Of a stretch of DNA of 64,000 nucleotides, positions 16,393 through 25,550 are shown piece after piece. Every line of letters begins with the position of its first letter. Within the stretch, counting starts at the first letter, position 1. Both the position numbers and the translations under genes were made by a program. The notes beneath the pieces are model-generated. The model had not been told where the DNA came from, searched no databases, and saw only the letters and a list, made by a program, of their open reading frames with translations. Origin of the DNA: an uncultured virus (IMG/VR IMGVR_UViG_3300048930_001331) (Duplodnaviria; Heunggongvirae; Uroviricota; Caudoviricetes); IMG/VR virus record IMGVR_UViG_3300048930_001331; one strand, given 5' to 3'.

Positions 16393-19300
16393 GCCTGGAT
16401 TTGATTCTTCGGATAGATCGCGCGCACGAAGAGGCCGGCGAAGCTGAAGTTGTCGCCTGACCCGCTGCCCCCAGAAGCGACGCGCATCCGGACCTGCCAC
16501 TTGTAAGTGTACGTCCCGCTCGACGGAGGAAGATCCACGAAATCATATGGCGCGATACTGTAGACGGACGTCGCGAGCGCGCCGCTGGTGCCAAAAATCG
16601 GTATGCCGTTCGAGAAGGCAGACGGCGGATGAATTTGAGTGCCGTTCCGCAGAAGGCGGATCGAGGCCGTCATTGCAGCGCTGAAGCTGAAGTCCACGTT
16701 GCCGACCTGCATTGAAAGGTCGACGCAATCAGTCGTCGCATCGACGATCGCATCCACTTCGACTGCGTCGATCCACCCCGAGTCGTACACCCCTCCGGAA
16801 TACGTGATGCCGCTTCGCGCAACCACCCCACCCTGCTCTTTTGCAGCGCCCAGCACGTCACGCGGAAACAAGACGCTGCCATCAAGCCGGACAGCATTGT
16901 CCGCCACGGTGAAGACCGGGACCGGGTCGCCGACCGCCTTCTGCGCATAGATTTGCACTTGAGACTTGCCACCGAGCGCGGTGACGCCGGCGTCAATCAC
17001 GATGCCGGCCTGGGCGAATGTGTCGGAAGAGGACGCCCTCGCCTGAAGCTCAATACGAGACGAGGCACCTCCCGGCGCAGCGCCGGTTGTGATTCTGAAC
17101 AACCCCTTTGCCGACAGGTCGTCGTAGTTCGATTCAGCGTAAGTCTGAAGCAAGGCCAGAGAATTCTCGACCGTCGCTACCGTGACCTGCAGCTCGTTGA
17201 TAGTCGAGTTGATCTGACCGCTCAGCTCCGCAGCGACTGTCTGCTCCAACTGCGCAATTGCTTCGTTCGCGCTCGTGAACGCAGCTTCAACAGTTTCGAC
17301 ATACGCTTCGATGTCTGTACCGAACGCAGCCTCGACGGTCTGCTTGAAGAGAGCGAACGCCTCGTCAGCATCAGCAATCGCCACCATGGCTTGCTGGACC
17401 GCAGCGGCGTTCTGGCCATATCGCTGTCCGACGCCGATCCGGATCTGCCCCAGAGACTCGATGATCCCGGAGACCTGATTATTCAGCGCCTGCGATACTT
17501 GCGCGATCTGCTGCTGAAAATCTTCCGAGCGCTGGAAAATCTGCTCCTGGAACTGTTGGATTTGAGCCCTCAACGCGAGGTCGAGAGCCCGGTCATTGAC
17601 GATCTGCGGCGGCAGCTCGGGCAACGGCACATCGGAGACGAAAGCGTAGGTCCATGGACCGGGCCGCTGCCCGATCGCAGCGACCCGTAGTGTCACGTCC
17701 TGCGACTCGATCGATACCGCCAGTCTCGTCCCGACACTGTCATGCACCGGGGTCCAGGACGCAGCGTTGGGCGCGCTATCGGCGTTTTCGTCGTAGCTGA
17801 TCTCAGCGATATAGCGCTGCGCGCCCGGCGACGGCTGCCAGCCCGCCTGCAATTCGACACCCATGGTGACGCGCTCGGCCTTGGCATACAGGCCGGTAAT
17901 GACCGGTGCATCAGGGATGGGCGCGAAGATGTCCGGTGGGGTGTAGGGCGCCGGGGTCGTTTCGGTTTCATCGGCGGAATGGACGCGCTGGTCGTCATTG
18001 ACGCACACAACGTCAACGAATTTGCCGTTCGGTCGCGCGCCGACGACAAGCCCATCCCACAACCTCGTGCCGGCACCGATCAGGAGAGAGACGTGCGCGG
18101 GCTCGGACCGGCCACCTGGGATCAGGCCCTCAAGCTCGCCGTGCGCTGCCTCAACGATGAATCTATCGGCGGCATCGAGCCTGATTTGCCGCTCTGTCGG
18201 AAAGCTATGGACAAGGCAAGGCCCCCACTCGCGCCCAAGCCGATCTCGGATAATGACATGATACTCAGCCTCACTTCCGGGATCGAGGTCTCGATCAACG
18301 GTAATGACCGGAGTGGAGACCGAGGGATCAAACGACTCGAGCGCCGCAATTCTCGTCAGGGCGTCGTACAGCGGGTCGTGAAGCAGGATAGGATCGCCTC
18401 GAACGAGGAGTTTGCCCTCGCTCTCTACCGTGAATGATCTGAACGACCTGCGGTAGGCGTTATCCGCCGTCCTGTAGATGCCCTCCCGCCACGCGTGGCT
18501 TCGGTCCGAAATGCCGAACATCTCACGCTCTACGGGTTCGGCATCGCCGACGCTAGAGATGATGCAGTCGACGGTTCGCTCGCTCCAGACCTCGGCGTCA
18601 ATGTAGCGCGCGATCGTGTGATCCGGCGTCTCCTCGTCGAACCATATGTCCTTTCGCTTGATGGAGCCGCGGACGATGTTTCGCGGAGTAAAGACGGCCC
18701 GGCGGACCTGCTTCGGCTCATCTCGCACAAAGCCGATCCTGCCACCGAGGCGCACCACTGAAGACCGACCACAGCTCAGGACTGCGTTGATGGCCTGCAT
18801 GGCCACCCACTTGCGATCAAACACGGCGTCAAAGTTGTCGCCGCGGCCAGCCCAAATATCGTGGTAGGCTTCGAGCCAGTCGAGGTCGACGTCAGCATCC
18901 GCGATGCCGAGACCGTAATCGGAGTCGGTCAATAGGTCAGCGGCCGCCCATGCGATGGACCGAGTCGACGCCTTTTCAGTCCATTCACCGTCTGCACGAC
19001 CGCGGAGCACTCGCGTCCCGGTGAAGAAATACTGACCGGCCGAGCTTTGGCTCAGCTGCTCGCTCGCCTTGATTTTAGTCGCTATCAGCGTCACGCCTTG
19101 AGGCGTCGGAAAGCCGCTCAAATAGCCGCGAAGCCCAGCCCACAGCACGCGATTGACCGTGACGGAGTCGCTGTTGTTGTCAGTCAGGTCCGGCGTGGTC
19201 GACGACAGCTTTACCTCGTAGCGCCCCGCCGCGACGTCCACTCGCTCACTGAACCTCAGTGGCGTCTTGGTCCGGTTCTGGTACGTCTTCTCGAACAGCG

Positions 19301-20330
19301 TGACGAACGATCCGATACCGATCCCGCTATTGTCGACGGGTCTGTATTCCGCCTTGACGTGACGGGATGCGTCTCTGGGCTTGCCCTGATCGTCAAGTCC
19401 GAAGAGGCCCGAGGGAAACACGAGATCGATGGCGATTGCCGTAACCGTCGTGTTCGTGGGGTTGACCACGTATGGGCCGAGGGTATCGGGAGGCGACGGC
19501 AAAACCTGACCCGAGACAGCATCGGAGACCGATACGTTGATCGGAAACAAGGTGATGTCGGTACCCGGCGGAGCAACCTGAATCTCGAGCCCTGCGAACG
19601 CGTCGGACGCCCCGATGCCCTGTTGCCACGCGACCGTGTCACCGATCTCCAGCTTGGAGATGACGGCCTCACCGCAGGTGAAGCAGTGGAGCTGATACAG
19701 ATACTGATCGTTTCCAACGAACTCCGCGTAGGGGCGGGAAGCGTATGGTGGCGGATAGCGCACGCGCCCGTACACCACCGGCACAGGCTCCAGAGGCATG
19801 GCGCGGTTGCCGCTCGCGGAGACCGAGTAGACGGTCTCTCCCGAAACGGATTCCTTTGCCTGGCTGACCGGGACCTGCGGCGGCGGGAATAGAACATTGA
19901 GCGCCAACGACCCGCCGGCAATGAAGGCGACGGAAGCGACGGACGCCATGAAGGTGCCGGCACCGAAGATCAGGCCGGCCGCGTATGGAGCCGCGATGGC
20001 GAGACCGATGGCGGCAACAAGTCCAACGATGCGCTTCCCAGACCCGCCACCAAGACCACCGCGACCCGGCACGGACACAAAGGCAAGCGTTTCACCGTGG
20101 CGAACAACACGAACATGCCACTGACCGCGCAGGACCGGAGCCGCCTCGACATCGCGACCGCACATCACAGCAATGGTCGGGAGACGAAACTTCAGATCGC
20201 ACTCGGCTATCGCTTCCGCGATCGTCATAGGGCGCGCAAGTTCGATCTTGCGCATATCGGTCGGCACCGGGCCGGTCATGGTCACGACGACCGGCGCGCC
20301 GCTCAGATCGTGGGGTGCGACATGCTTCAT
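16389..20330 (-). CDS. Central tail tip / host-specificity protein (lambda J-like, N-terminal gpI-like region fused)
   Basis: 1313 aa after NlpC/P60; VPVVYGR, SIAWAAADLLT, VRDEPK..FTPRNI motifs; coiled coil before the last domain. Confidence 0.9.
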   Translation of the reverse strand: MKHVAPHDLSGAPVVVTMTGPVPTDMRKIELARPMTIAEAIAECDLKFRLPTIAVMCGRDVEAAPVLRGQWHVRVVRHGETLAFVSVPGRGGLGGGSGKRIVGLVAAIGLAIAAPYAAGLIFGAGTFMASVASVAFIAGGSLALNVLFPPPQVPVSQAKESVSGETVYSVSASGNRAMPLEPVPVVYGRVRYPPPYASRPYAEFVGNDQYLYQLHCFTCGEAVISKLEIGDTVAWQQGIGASDAFAGLEIQVAPPGTDITLFPINVSVSDAVSGQVLPSPPDTLGPYVVNPTNTTVTAIAIDLVFPSGLFGLDDQGKPRDASRHVKAEYRPVDNSGIGIGSFVTLFEKTYQNRTKTPLRFSERVDVAAGRYEVKLSSTTPDLTDNNSDSVTVNRVLWAGLRGYLSGFPTPQGVTLIATKIKASEQLSQSSAGQYFFTGTRVLRGRADGEWTEKASTRSIAWAAADLLTDSDYGLGIADADVDLDWLEAYHDIWAGRGDNFDAVFDRKWVAMQAINAVLSCGRSSVVRLGGRIGFVRDEPKQVRRAVFTPRNIVRGSIKRKDIWFDEETPDHTIARYIDAEVWSERTVDCIISSVGDAEPVEREMFGISDRSHAWREGIYRTADNAYRRSFRSFTVESEGKLLVRGDPILLHDPLYDALTRIAALESFDPSVSTPVITVDRDLDPGSEAEYHVIIRDRLGREWGPCLVHSFPTERQIRLDAADRFIVEAAHGELEGLIPGGRSEPAHVSLLIGAGTRLWDGLVVGARPNGKFVDVVCVNDDQRVHSADETETTPAPYTPPDIFAPIPDAPVITGLYAKAERVTMGVELQAGWQPSPGAQRYIAEISYDENADSAPNAASWTPVHDSVGTRLAVSIESQDVTLRVAAIGQRPGPWTYAFVSDVPLPELPPQIVNDRALDLALRAQIQQFQEQIFQRSEDFQQQIAQVSQALNNQVSGIIESLGQIRIGVGQRYGQNAAAVQQAMVAIADADEAFALFKQTVEAAFGTDIEAYVETVEAAFTSANEAIAQLEQTVAAELSGQINSTINELQVTVATVENSLALLQTYAESNYDDLSAKGLFRITTGAAPGGASSRIELQARASSSDTFAQAGIVIDAGVTALGGKSQVQIYAQKAVGDPVPVFTVADNAVRLDGSVLFPRDVLGAAKEQGGVVARSGITYSGGVYDSGWIDAVEVDAIVDATTDCVDLSMQVGNVDFSFSAAMTASIRLLRNGTQIHPPSAFSNGIPIFGTSGALATSVYSIAPYDFVDLPPSSGTYTYKWQVRMRVASGGSGSGDNFSFAGLFVRAIYPKNQIQA

Positions 20331-20749
20331 GCTGGGGCCAGAAACCTGAAACGTCGCCACCCCATCGCCTTCATGGCGAAGATGGTGTCGACTGTGACGC
20401 CGGAATCCTCGACGGCATGAACGATGATGCCGCCGTCGAGCGACAGGTAGGTCCCAAGGTGGTAGCCGATGTCCTGCTTGGCCATCGAGACCGCGCAGCC
20501 ATCCGCTGGCCCCTGCACCTCGACCCACTTCGATCTGAATGGATGCAGCGCGATGGCGGATGCGATCGCTATCCGGCCAGCCTGACCCGGCATCTCGAAG
20601 AGCGGGCAGTCCCGACCGAAGAACTCTCGCTGGAGATGTCGTGAGATGCCGTAGCAGTCGAAACAATCAGGACCCGCAGCGCCGAGTCGATACGGCTTAC
20701 CGACCAGCGAATTGAGGTGCGCTACCCTGCCCTCACGATCTGTCAGCAT
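20327..20749 (-). CDS. NlpC/P60 tail-associated peptidase
   Basis: GKPYRLGAAGPDCFDCYG; HLGTY; IVHA. Confidence 0.9.
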   Translation of the reverse strand: MLTDREGRVAHLNSLVGKPYRLGAAGPDCFDCYGISRHLQREFFGRDCPLFEMPGQAGRIAIASAIALHPFRSKWVEVQGPADGCAVSMAKQDIGYHLGTYLSLDGGIIVHAVEDSGVTVDTIFAMKAMGWRRFRFLAPA

Positions 20750-21303
20750 CAGAACAACCCGGAAAAGTCTTCGCGCGTGAACTTGCGTCTCGGGAAAGCG
20801 CGATTGAGAAGATCCATGAACGTCGCGGTCGCCGAGATGCGCAGCTTGTCGACCTCGATCAGCTTCACCGTCATCGAGCCCAGGACATAGTCCGGCGGCC
20901 CCGATACGCTGTAGGCCCCGGTCAGTGGATCGTGCGTCGCGATCCATTCGCGATAGATAAGAAGCGCGGAGGATCGCACGCCGACAGCGCTATCGATCTG
21001 ATCGATATAGGCGCGGGGTACGCCGTCGAGCGACAGCTGCATTTCACCGAGCCTGGCATCATCTTGCTCGGGAAGCTGAACCTCAACCGCGAGTGGATCG
21101 AACGTCACGGTCTGGCCGGCCTTGAGCGGCGCTCCGGCCTCGAGCTGGAGATTCCATGATCGTTCATCAAGCGCCACCCGGATAGAGTCCGGGAAACCGT
21201 CGCCGTCGACGAAGGCTGCGTGAATCAGCTCCAGCGTGGAGATTGTGAACTCGTCGGCGGGAGCCGATGCGTAAGCCTCTTCGAGGGCTTCTGACCACGA
21301 CAT
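20749..21303 (-). CDS. Minor tail protein (DUF1833-like)
   Basis: ALEEAYASAP..TLELIH; FPRRKFT..FSGLF. Confidence 0.8.
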   Translation of the reverse strand: MSWSEALEEAYASAPADEFTISTLELIHAAFVDGDGFPDSIRVALDERSWNLQLEAGAPLKAGQTVTFDPLAVEVQLPEQDDARLGEMQLSLDGVPRAYIDQIDSAVGVRSSALLIYREWIATHDPLTGAYSVSGPPDYVLGSMTVKLIEVDKLRISATATFMDLLNRAFPRRKFTREDFSGLF

Positions 21304-21689
21304 CAGGTTGCTCGCGTGTAGTCCACGACATCGATAGTCCAACTGACGGCGGTTCGATCAGGCGGGACATCGGATGTGGTGTATTCGCCGCTCACCATCG
21401 AGCAGACCCGCTCTGCATACTCGTCAGCGGTTTGGGTCCAGACCGGCATCGTGAACGGGAGAGTTCCGTCGACGAGCGTGTTCCGGACCCAGAGCGCGAA
21501 CGCCTCGAACTCGTCCTTCGACCAGTCGACGAATGTGAATTGGATGGTTGCGATATTCTTCGTGGATGACCGCCGCGCCCTGCGATTGCCATCCTCGAAT
21601 TCGGTGCGGTGAGGCGCTCGATATGGAGCGCTCTGACGGAATGTGCTGCGCTGCACCTTGTACGGAACACCCTCCGGCCACTCTTCCAT
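21303..21689 (-). CDS. Distal tail protein-like
   Basis: Directly after the tape measure; WP..RTEFEDG..R.R; LVDGTLPFTMP. Confidence 0.75.
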   Translation of the reverse strand: MEEWPEGVPYKVQRSTFRQSAPYRAPHRTEFEDGNRRARRSSTKNIATIQFTFVDWSKDEFEAFALWVRNTLVDGTLPFTMPVWTQTADEYAERVCSMVSGEYTTSDVPPDRTAVSWTIDVVDYTRAT

Positions 21690-24313
21690 CAGACCACCCT
21701 GCGCAGACCGTAGGTTCGCTCAAGGATGGCTGCCAGCGGGCCGCCTCCAGCGACATCTCTGGCATTCGCGTCAACGACGAAGCGGGCGAAGTTCACCCCA
21801 CCTTCCTGACGCGTTCCGGCTGGCTTGGCCGGTACGTGCTGTCCATTCTCGTCGACCAGCTCGATCTTCAGATTGACCTCTGAAGAACCACCGTGCATCT
21901 CGACACCAAGGCGCCCGCCAGGACCGCGCGTCAGCGGCATGATGGCTTCCGGCTTCCCGTTCTCGACCGCCGTTCCGATGTTGCCGCCCGCCATCGGGAA
22001 GGCCACGGGGCGATCGATGACGCCACCCAGAGAATGCGGAATGATCCGGCCGCCCTGGAACACGTTGCCATTGAGGCTTGCCACCATTCCGCCGGGCATC
22101 CACGGATTCCCGATGCCCGAATAGGTCGAGATGCCAGCACCGCCACCGCCAAAGACACTGCCGAGCCCACTGACAAGGCTGGTCACGCTCTTGGAGAGCG
22201 CCAATTCCGTCAGCTTGTTGCCAAGCTGCGTCAGGGCGTTGATGCCGGCTTGCAGGAATGCATCCCAGCCCTTCTGGCCTTGCTGCAGCCCTGAGATCGT
22301 GTCGCGGTACAGCGAGGTGCTGAAATCCACGGCCATGGCCTTGCCCTGGCGGAGGGTCTCGTTGAAACGGACCTGATTGGCGATGTAGCCGTTCATCTGG
22401 CTTCCATAGTCATCGCCATAGATCGCCCGGAGCCGCGCCGCGGTCGCCTGCTCGGTATCGGAACGGCCGAGCTGGCTGCGCTCGAATGCAAGATCGCTCG
22501 CGGCCTGAGACTCGGCAATCAGCTGCCGGCGGCGTGCGATCAGGTCATTCTCGCGAGACAAGCGCGCGTACTGCGCCTCGTCGAATTTGAGATTGTTGCG
22601 CTCGGCCTCGCGACGCAGGTCAGCGTAGAGCTGCCAGTTTGAGCGCAGGCGCTCGGTCTCGCCCACGGACTTGCCAATCACGGCGAGGTCGACCTCCGCC
22701 TGACCGGCCGCATCCTTGATGGCGAGCGCACGGTCGCGCGCTGAGTCAATGAGCTGCCGCTCTGCCTGCCCGCGCGCAAGAGCGGCTGCGGCCGCGACTT
22801 GATCGTTCTTCGCCTGCTCGGCGAACACCGTATTGGCCTGCCCGCCAAGCTGGATTCTCGTGCGGATCGCAGCCGCGGCAGCAAGCTCGCCGGGAGACCG
22901 CGCACCGAGCGCGGCTATGGCTGCGCGATCCGAGATAATGGCGGTCTCGGACGCGGAGCGGACGCCATTGAGCGCGTCGCGCTTACGATCCAGTGCCTGA
23001 GATACCTCGGCTTCGGAATTGGCCAACAGGCCGTTCTGCTGGAGGCGCTGACGCTCCTTCTCGATCAGGTCTATCTCGGCCTGAATCTGCTTGCGCATCG
23101 CCTCTTCCGGAAGCGACGTCCGAACAGCGTTGCCGACAGCGATGGAGGTGCGGTCCAGCGCCGCCTTCTCCTGCTCGCCTCGCACCCGGATCAATTTCTG
23201 CTCGAACTCGTCGAGCTTCCGTAGCGCCTGATCGGACACCATCTTCTCGTAGCGCTCGCCCAGAAGATTGGCCCAAGGCACACTCTCCTGCATGCGCTTC
23301 TTCTGCAGCTCGATCTCGGATTCGAGGGTTCGGCCGACGCTGGTCAGATCGGACATCTTCTGCCCGAGCTTGTCCCACGCATTACTGACGAGGTTGCCGG
23401 CGCCAGTGGCGACGACGGTGAAGAAGCTCTGCGTGCGCGTCATGTTCGCCAGCGCGGCATTCGTGGCGTCGATGACGGCGGCCTGGGCCTGGCTGCGCCG
23501 ACCGGAGTCTTCCTGAAGACGGATGGACTCGCGCATGCGATCGTTACCTATGCCGATCACATCATTGAGCTTGTCGAAGCCTGCCGTTGGGCTCTTGATT
23601 GAATCGCCCAACAGCTTCGCGGCATCCGCCCCATCGTAGCCGAGGCGCTGGACCATCATGGTGATGGTCGACAATAGAGGATCGATGCTGCGCTGCCCGA
23701 TCTTGCCAGTCGTCGCGAGTTCTGCCGCAAAGGCGCGCGCTTCGCGTACTGACAGCCCGAAGGTGGACGCAGCGGACTTGGCGATGTCGTTGATGCCTTG
23801 AACGCTTACGCCTGACGCCCTGCCGATGCCGTTGAGGCTGCGCTCCAGGTCCTGTTGCTGGCTGGCGTAAGACTGAAGCGACAGACCGAGCCCTACGAAC
23901 CCCGCCGCAACTCCGGCCGTGGCACCCTTGGCTGAAAACGCCCAAGCGGCGACGCTCTTCGCAAGGTTGCTGAAGAGCCCCGGCTGCATCTGGAACACCT
24001 GAAAGACCTGACCGCCCTGCTGGGTCAGGATCTGAAAGGGGCTCTGGCCCATCGCCAGTCCGGACAAAATATCGTTGAGCTGGAACGACAGGTTGGACAT
24101 CGCGCCCGACGTCCAGTCCACTCGCCGCCCAGCCTCCTGGGCGTCCTGGCCCATCCGGCGGAAACCACGACCGGCCGCGGAGCCGGACCGCTCGATACGA
24201 GTGCTCACCCGCTCAGCGGCCTCGCCATGCTCGACGAATCGATCCAGTTGCGTATTGGCGTCCTGGACTGGTCTACTGTCGATCCTGAGACGGAGGTCAG
24301 CGAGGTCGGTCAT
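21689..24313 (-). CDS. Tape measure protein
   Basis: MTDLADLRLRIDS; QLNDILSGLAMGQSPFQILTQQGGQ; long helical region; PEAIMPL near the end. Confidence 0.92.
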   Translation of the reverse strand: MTDLADLRLRIDSRPVQDANTQLDRFVEHGEAAERVSTRIERSGSAAGRGFRRMGQDAQEAGRRVDWTSGAMSNLSFQLNDILSGLAMGQSPFQILTQQGGQVFQVFQMQPGLFSNLAKSVAAWAFSAKGATAGVAAGFVGLGLSLQSYASQQQDLERSLNGIGRASGVSVQGINDIAKSAASTFGLSVREARAFAAELATTGKIGQRSIDPLLSTITMMVQRLGYDGADAAKLLGDSIKSPTAGFDKLNDVIGIGNDRMRESIRLQEDSGRRSQAQAAVIDATNAALANMTRTQSFFTVVATGAGNLVSNAWDKLGQKMSDLTSVGRTLESEIELQKKRMQESVPWANLLGERYEKMVSDQALRKLDEFEQKLIRVRGEQEKAALDRTSIAVGNAVRTSLPEEAMRKQIQAEIDLIEKERQRLQQNGLLANSEAEVSQALDRKRDALNGVRSASETAIISDRAAIAALGARSPGELAAAAAIRTRIQLGGQANTVFAEQAKNDQVAAAAALARGQAERQLIDSARDRALAIKDAAGQAEVDLAVIGKSVGETERLRSNWQLYADLRREAERNNLKFDEAQYARLSRENDLIARRRQLIAESQAASDLAFERSQLGRSDTEQATAARLRAIYGDDYGSQMNGYIANQVRFNETLRQGKAMAVDFSTSLYRDTISGLQQGQKGWDAFLQAGINALTQLGNKLTELALSKSVTSLVSGLGSVFGGGGAGISTYSGIGNPWMPGGMVASLNGNVFQGGRIIPHSLGGVIDRPVAFPMAGGNIGTAVENGKPEAIMPLTRGPGGRLGVEMHGGSSEVNLKIELVDENGQHVPAKPAGTRQEGGVNFARFVVDANARDVAGGGPLAAILERTYGLRRVV

Positions 24314-24647
24314 GAGGTTAGCCCTGATTTTCTTGATTTTGTCGACGCCAGCGCTCGCCCAGAGCCAGACAAAGGACGCTGAGGCGGCTATGCGGGAGCG
24401 CCTTCGCGATCCACAATCGGCCCGCTTCGAGGACCTGCGGGTGGTCCCAAACCCGGCCAAGCCCGGTGCCGAGCTGGTCTGCGGCTTCGTGAACGCCAAA
24501 GGTCAGGGCGGCGGATATCTGGGCAAAACCCCGTTCGTCTATGCGGCTCCGTCAGCCTATCTGGGCGGGAACTTCGACATGATTTCCGGTCCGCACGACA
24601 TGGACCGCATCCTGGCAAGCCGCATCAGCTCCGAGTTTTGCCCTTGA
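24312..24647 (+). CDS. Secreted/periplasmic moron protein
   Basis: Signal peptide MRLALIFLILSTPALA; LRDPQSARF..VCGFVNAK..GGYLG. Confidence 0.75.
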   Translation: MRLALIFLILSTPALAQSQTKDAEAAMRERLRDPQSARFEDLRVVPNPAKPGAELVCGFVNAKGQGGGYLGKTPFVYAAPSAYLGGNFDMISGPHDMDRILASRISSEFCP

Positions 24648-24972
24648 GTTTGCGGGCCATTTCTTCGTTGTAGATCGACTCCATGGCCCGAATGGTGCGC
24701 CGGAAGCGCATCGCCTCGTCAGGACCCATATCGAGACGAGCTGCGCACTCCACGATCTTGGAATGCGGTATGGGGCCATACCCGCCGAAGTCAGGAAACC
24801 GTTCGGTGAGCAGCTCCCCGAACGCTTCCCAGATGTGGTTGAGATGCTCGGGGATGGCCGGCATATCCAGCAGGGCCTTGGTCGGTACGCCGGTCTCGAT
24901 GAGGTCCTGCCAAAGCCACTCGATGTGATCGCCCCAGGCGACGTGCCATCGAATGGCTTGCGTCAGTTTTTT
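24625..24972 (-). CDS. Tail assembly chaperone, -1 frameshift extension (gpGT-like)
   Basis: Open -1 frame from the slippery site: KLTQAIRW...IWEAFGELLTER..GPIPHSKI. Confidence 0.8.
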   Translation of the reverse strand, partial: KKLTQAIRWHVAWGDHIEWLWQDLIETGVPTKALLDMPAIPEHLNHIWEAFGELLTERFPDFGGYGPIPHSKIVECAARLDMGPDEAMRFRRTIRAMESIYNEEMARKLKGKTRS

Positions 24973-25370
24973 GCTTCTTGCCTCGCAGCTTCGTGCGCGC
25001 GCATTCCAACGGTGTTGGCGGCCATCCAGACCGCGTCCCGGAAGTCTCGAAGCTCAGGATCGCTCAGGAGCTGGCGCGCCTTGTCCTTCGAGAACTCGAG
25101 GGGCTTGCCGTTATCCGTCAGTCCCGACCATCCGATGAGACTGGTCTCGACCAGCAGCTCAACATTGATCCTGTCCTGATCCTCGCGTGAGACCTCGATG
25201 CCGAAGCGGGTGGCCGGCAGCTCGGCGAGGAGTCTCCGATTGAGGGCAATCCAGTCCGCGTTACGCGCACCGCGCATGTGCAGCTTGATGTCGCCAAGGC
25301 CAGGGATGTCGCCGATCCATTCGCCCTGCTCGATCTTTTCGACGTCGACCCGAAGTTTACTCAGCTCCAC
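24963..25370 (-). CDS. Tail assembly chaperone (gpG-like)
   Basis: EQGEWIG..LIGWSGL..; ends GCA AAA AAC TGA. Confidence 0.85.
   Translation of the reverse strand: MELSKLRVDVEKIEQGEWIGDIPGLGDIKLHMRGARNADWIALNRRLLAELPATRFGIEVSREDQDRINVELLVETSLIGWSGLTDNGKPLEFSKDKARQLLSDPELRDFRDAVWMAANTVGMRAHEAARQEAKN
24966..24972 (-). other. Programmed -1 ribosomal frameshift heptamer A AAA AAC
   Basis: X XXY YYZ pattern immediately before the chaperone stop. Confidence 0.85.
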
Positions 25371-25539
25371 GCTTGGTTTCCTTTTTGCTTTCCTTGTCGC
25401 CAAATGCCTTGGCGTGACCCTTTGAGATAATCATCTCCGCGAAGTCGTTGGGCACCTCAACGACCTGCTCGGCAACGAAATCCTGACGCTTCTTGCCGTC
25501 CGGATATCCGCTGAAATTCTCCTTGATCTCAACCTTCAT
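25357..25539 (-). CDS. Small hypothetical protein
   Basis: GGAG SD; 60 aa between tail tube and chaperone. Confidence 0.65.
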   Translation of the reverse strand: MKVEIKENFSGYPDGKKRQDFVAEQVVEVPNDFAEMIISKGHAKAFGDKESKKETKRGAE

Positions 25540-25550
25540 ATTGAACTCCG

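Noticed and set aside
14530..16979. Shufflon/invertase switching of tail-tip cassettes
   Set aside because: All cassettes are co-oriented, no recombinase is nearby, and identical DNA runs in the shared motif are only about 8 nt.
14530..20330. Diversity-generating retroelement targeting the tip
   Set aside because: No reverse transcriptase in the window and no near-identical TR/VR pair differing at adenines.
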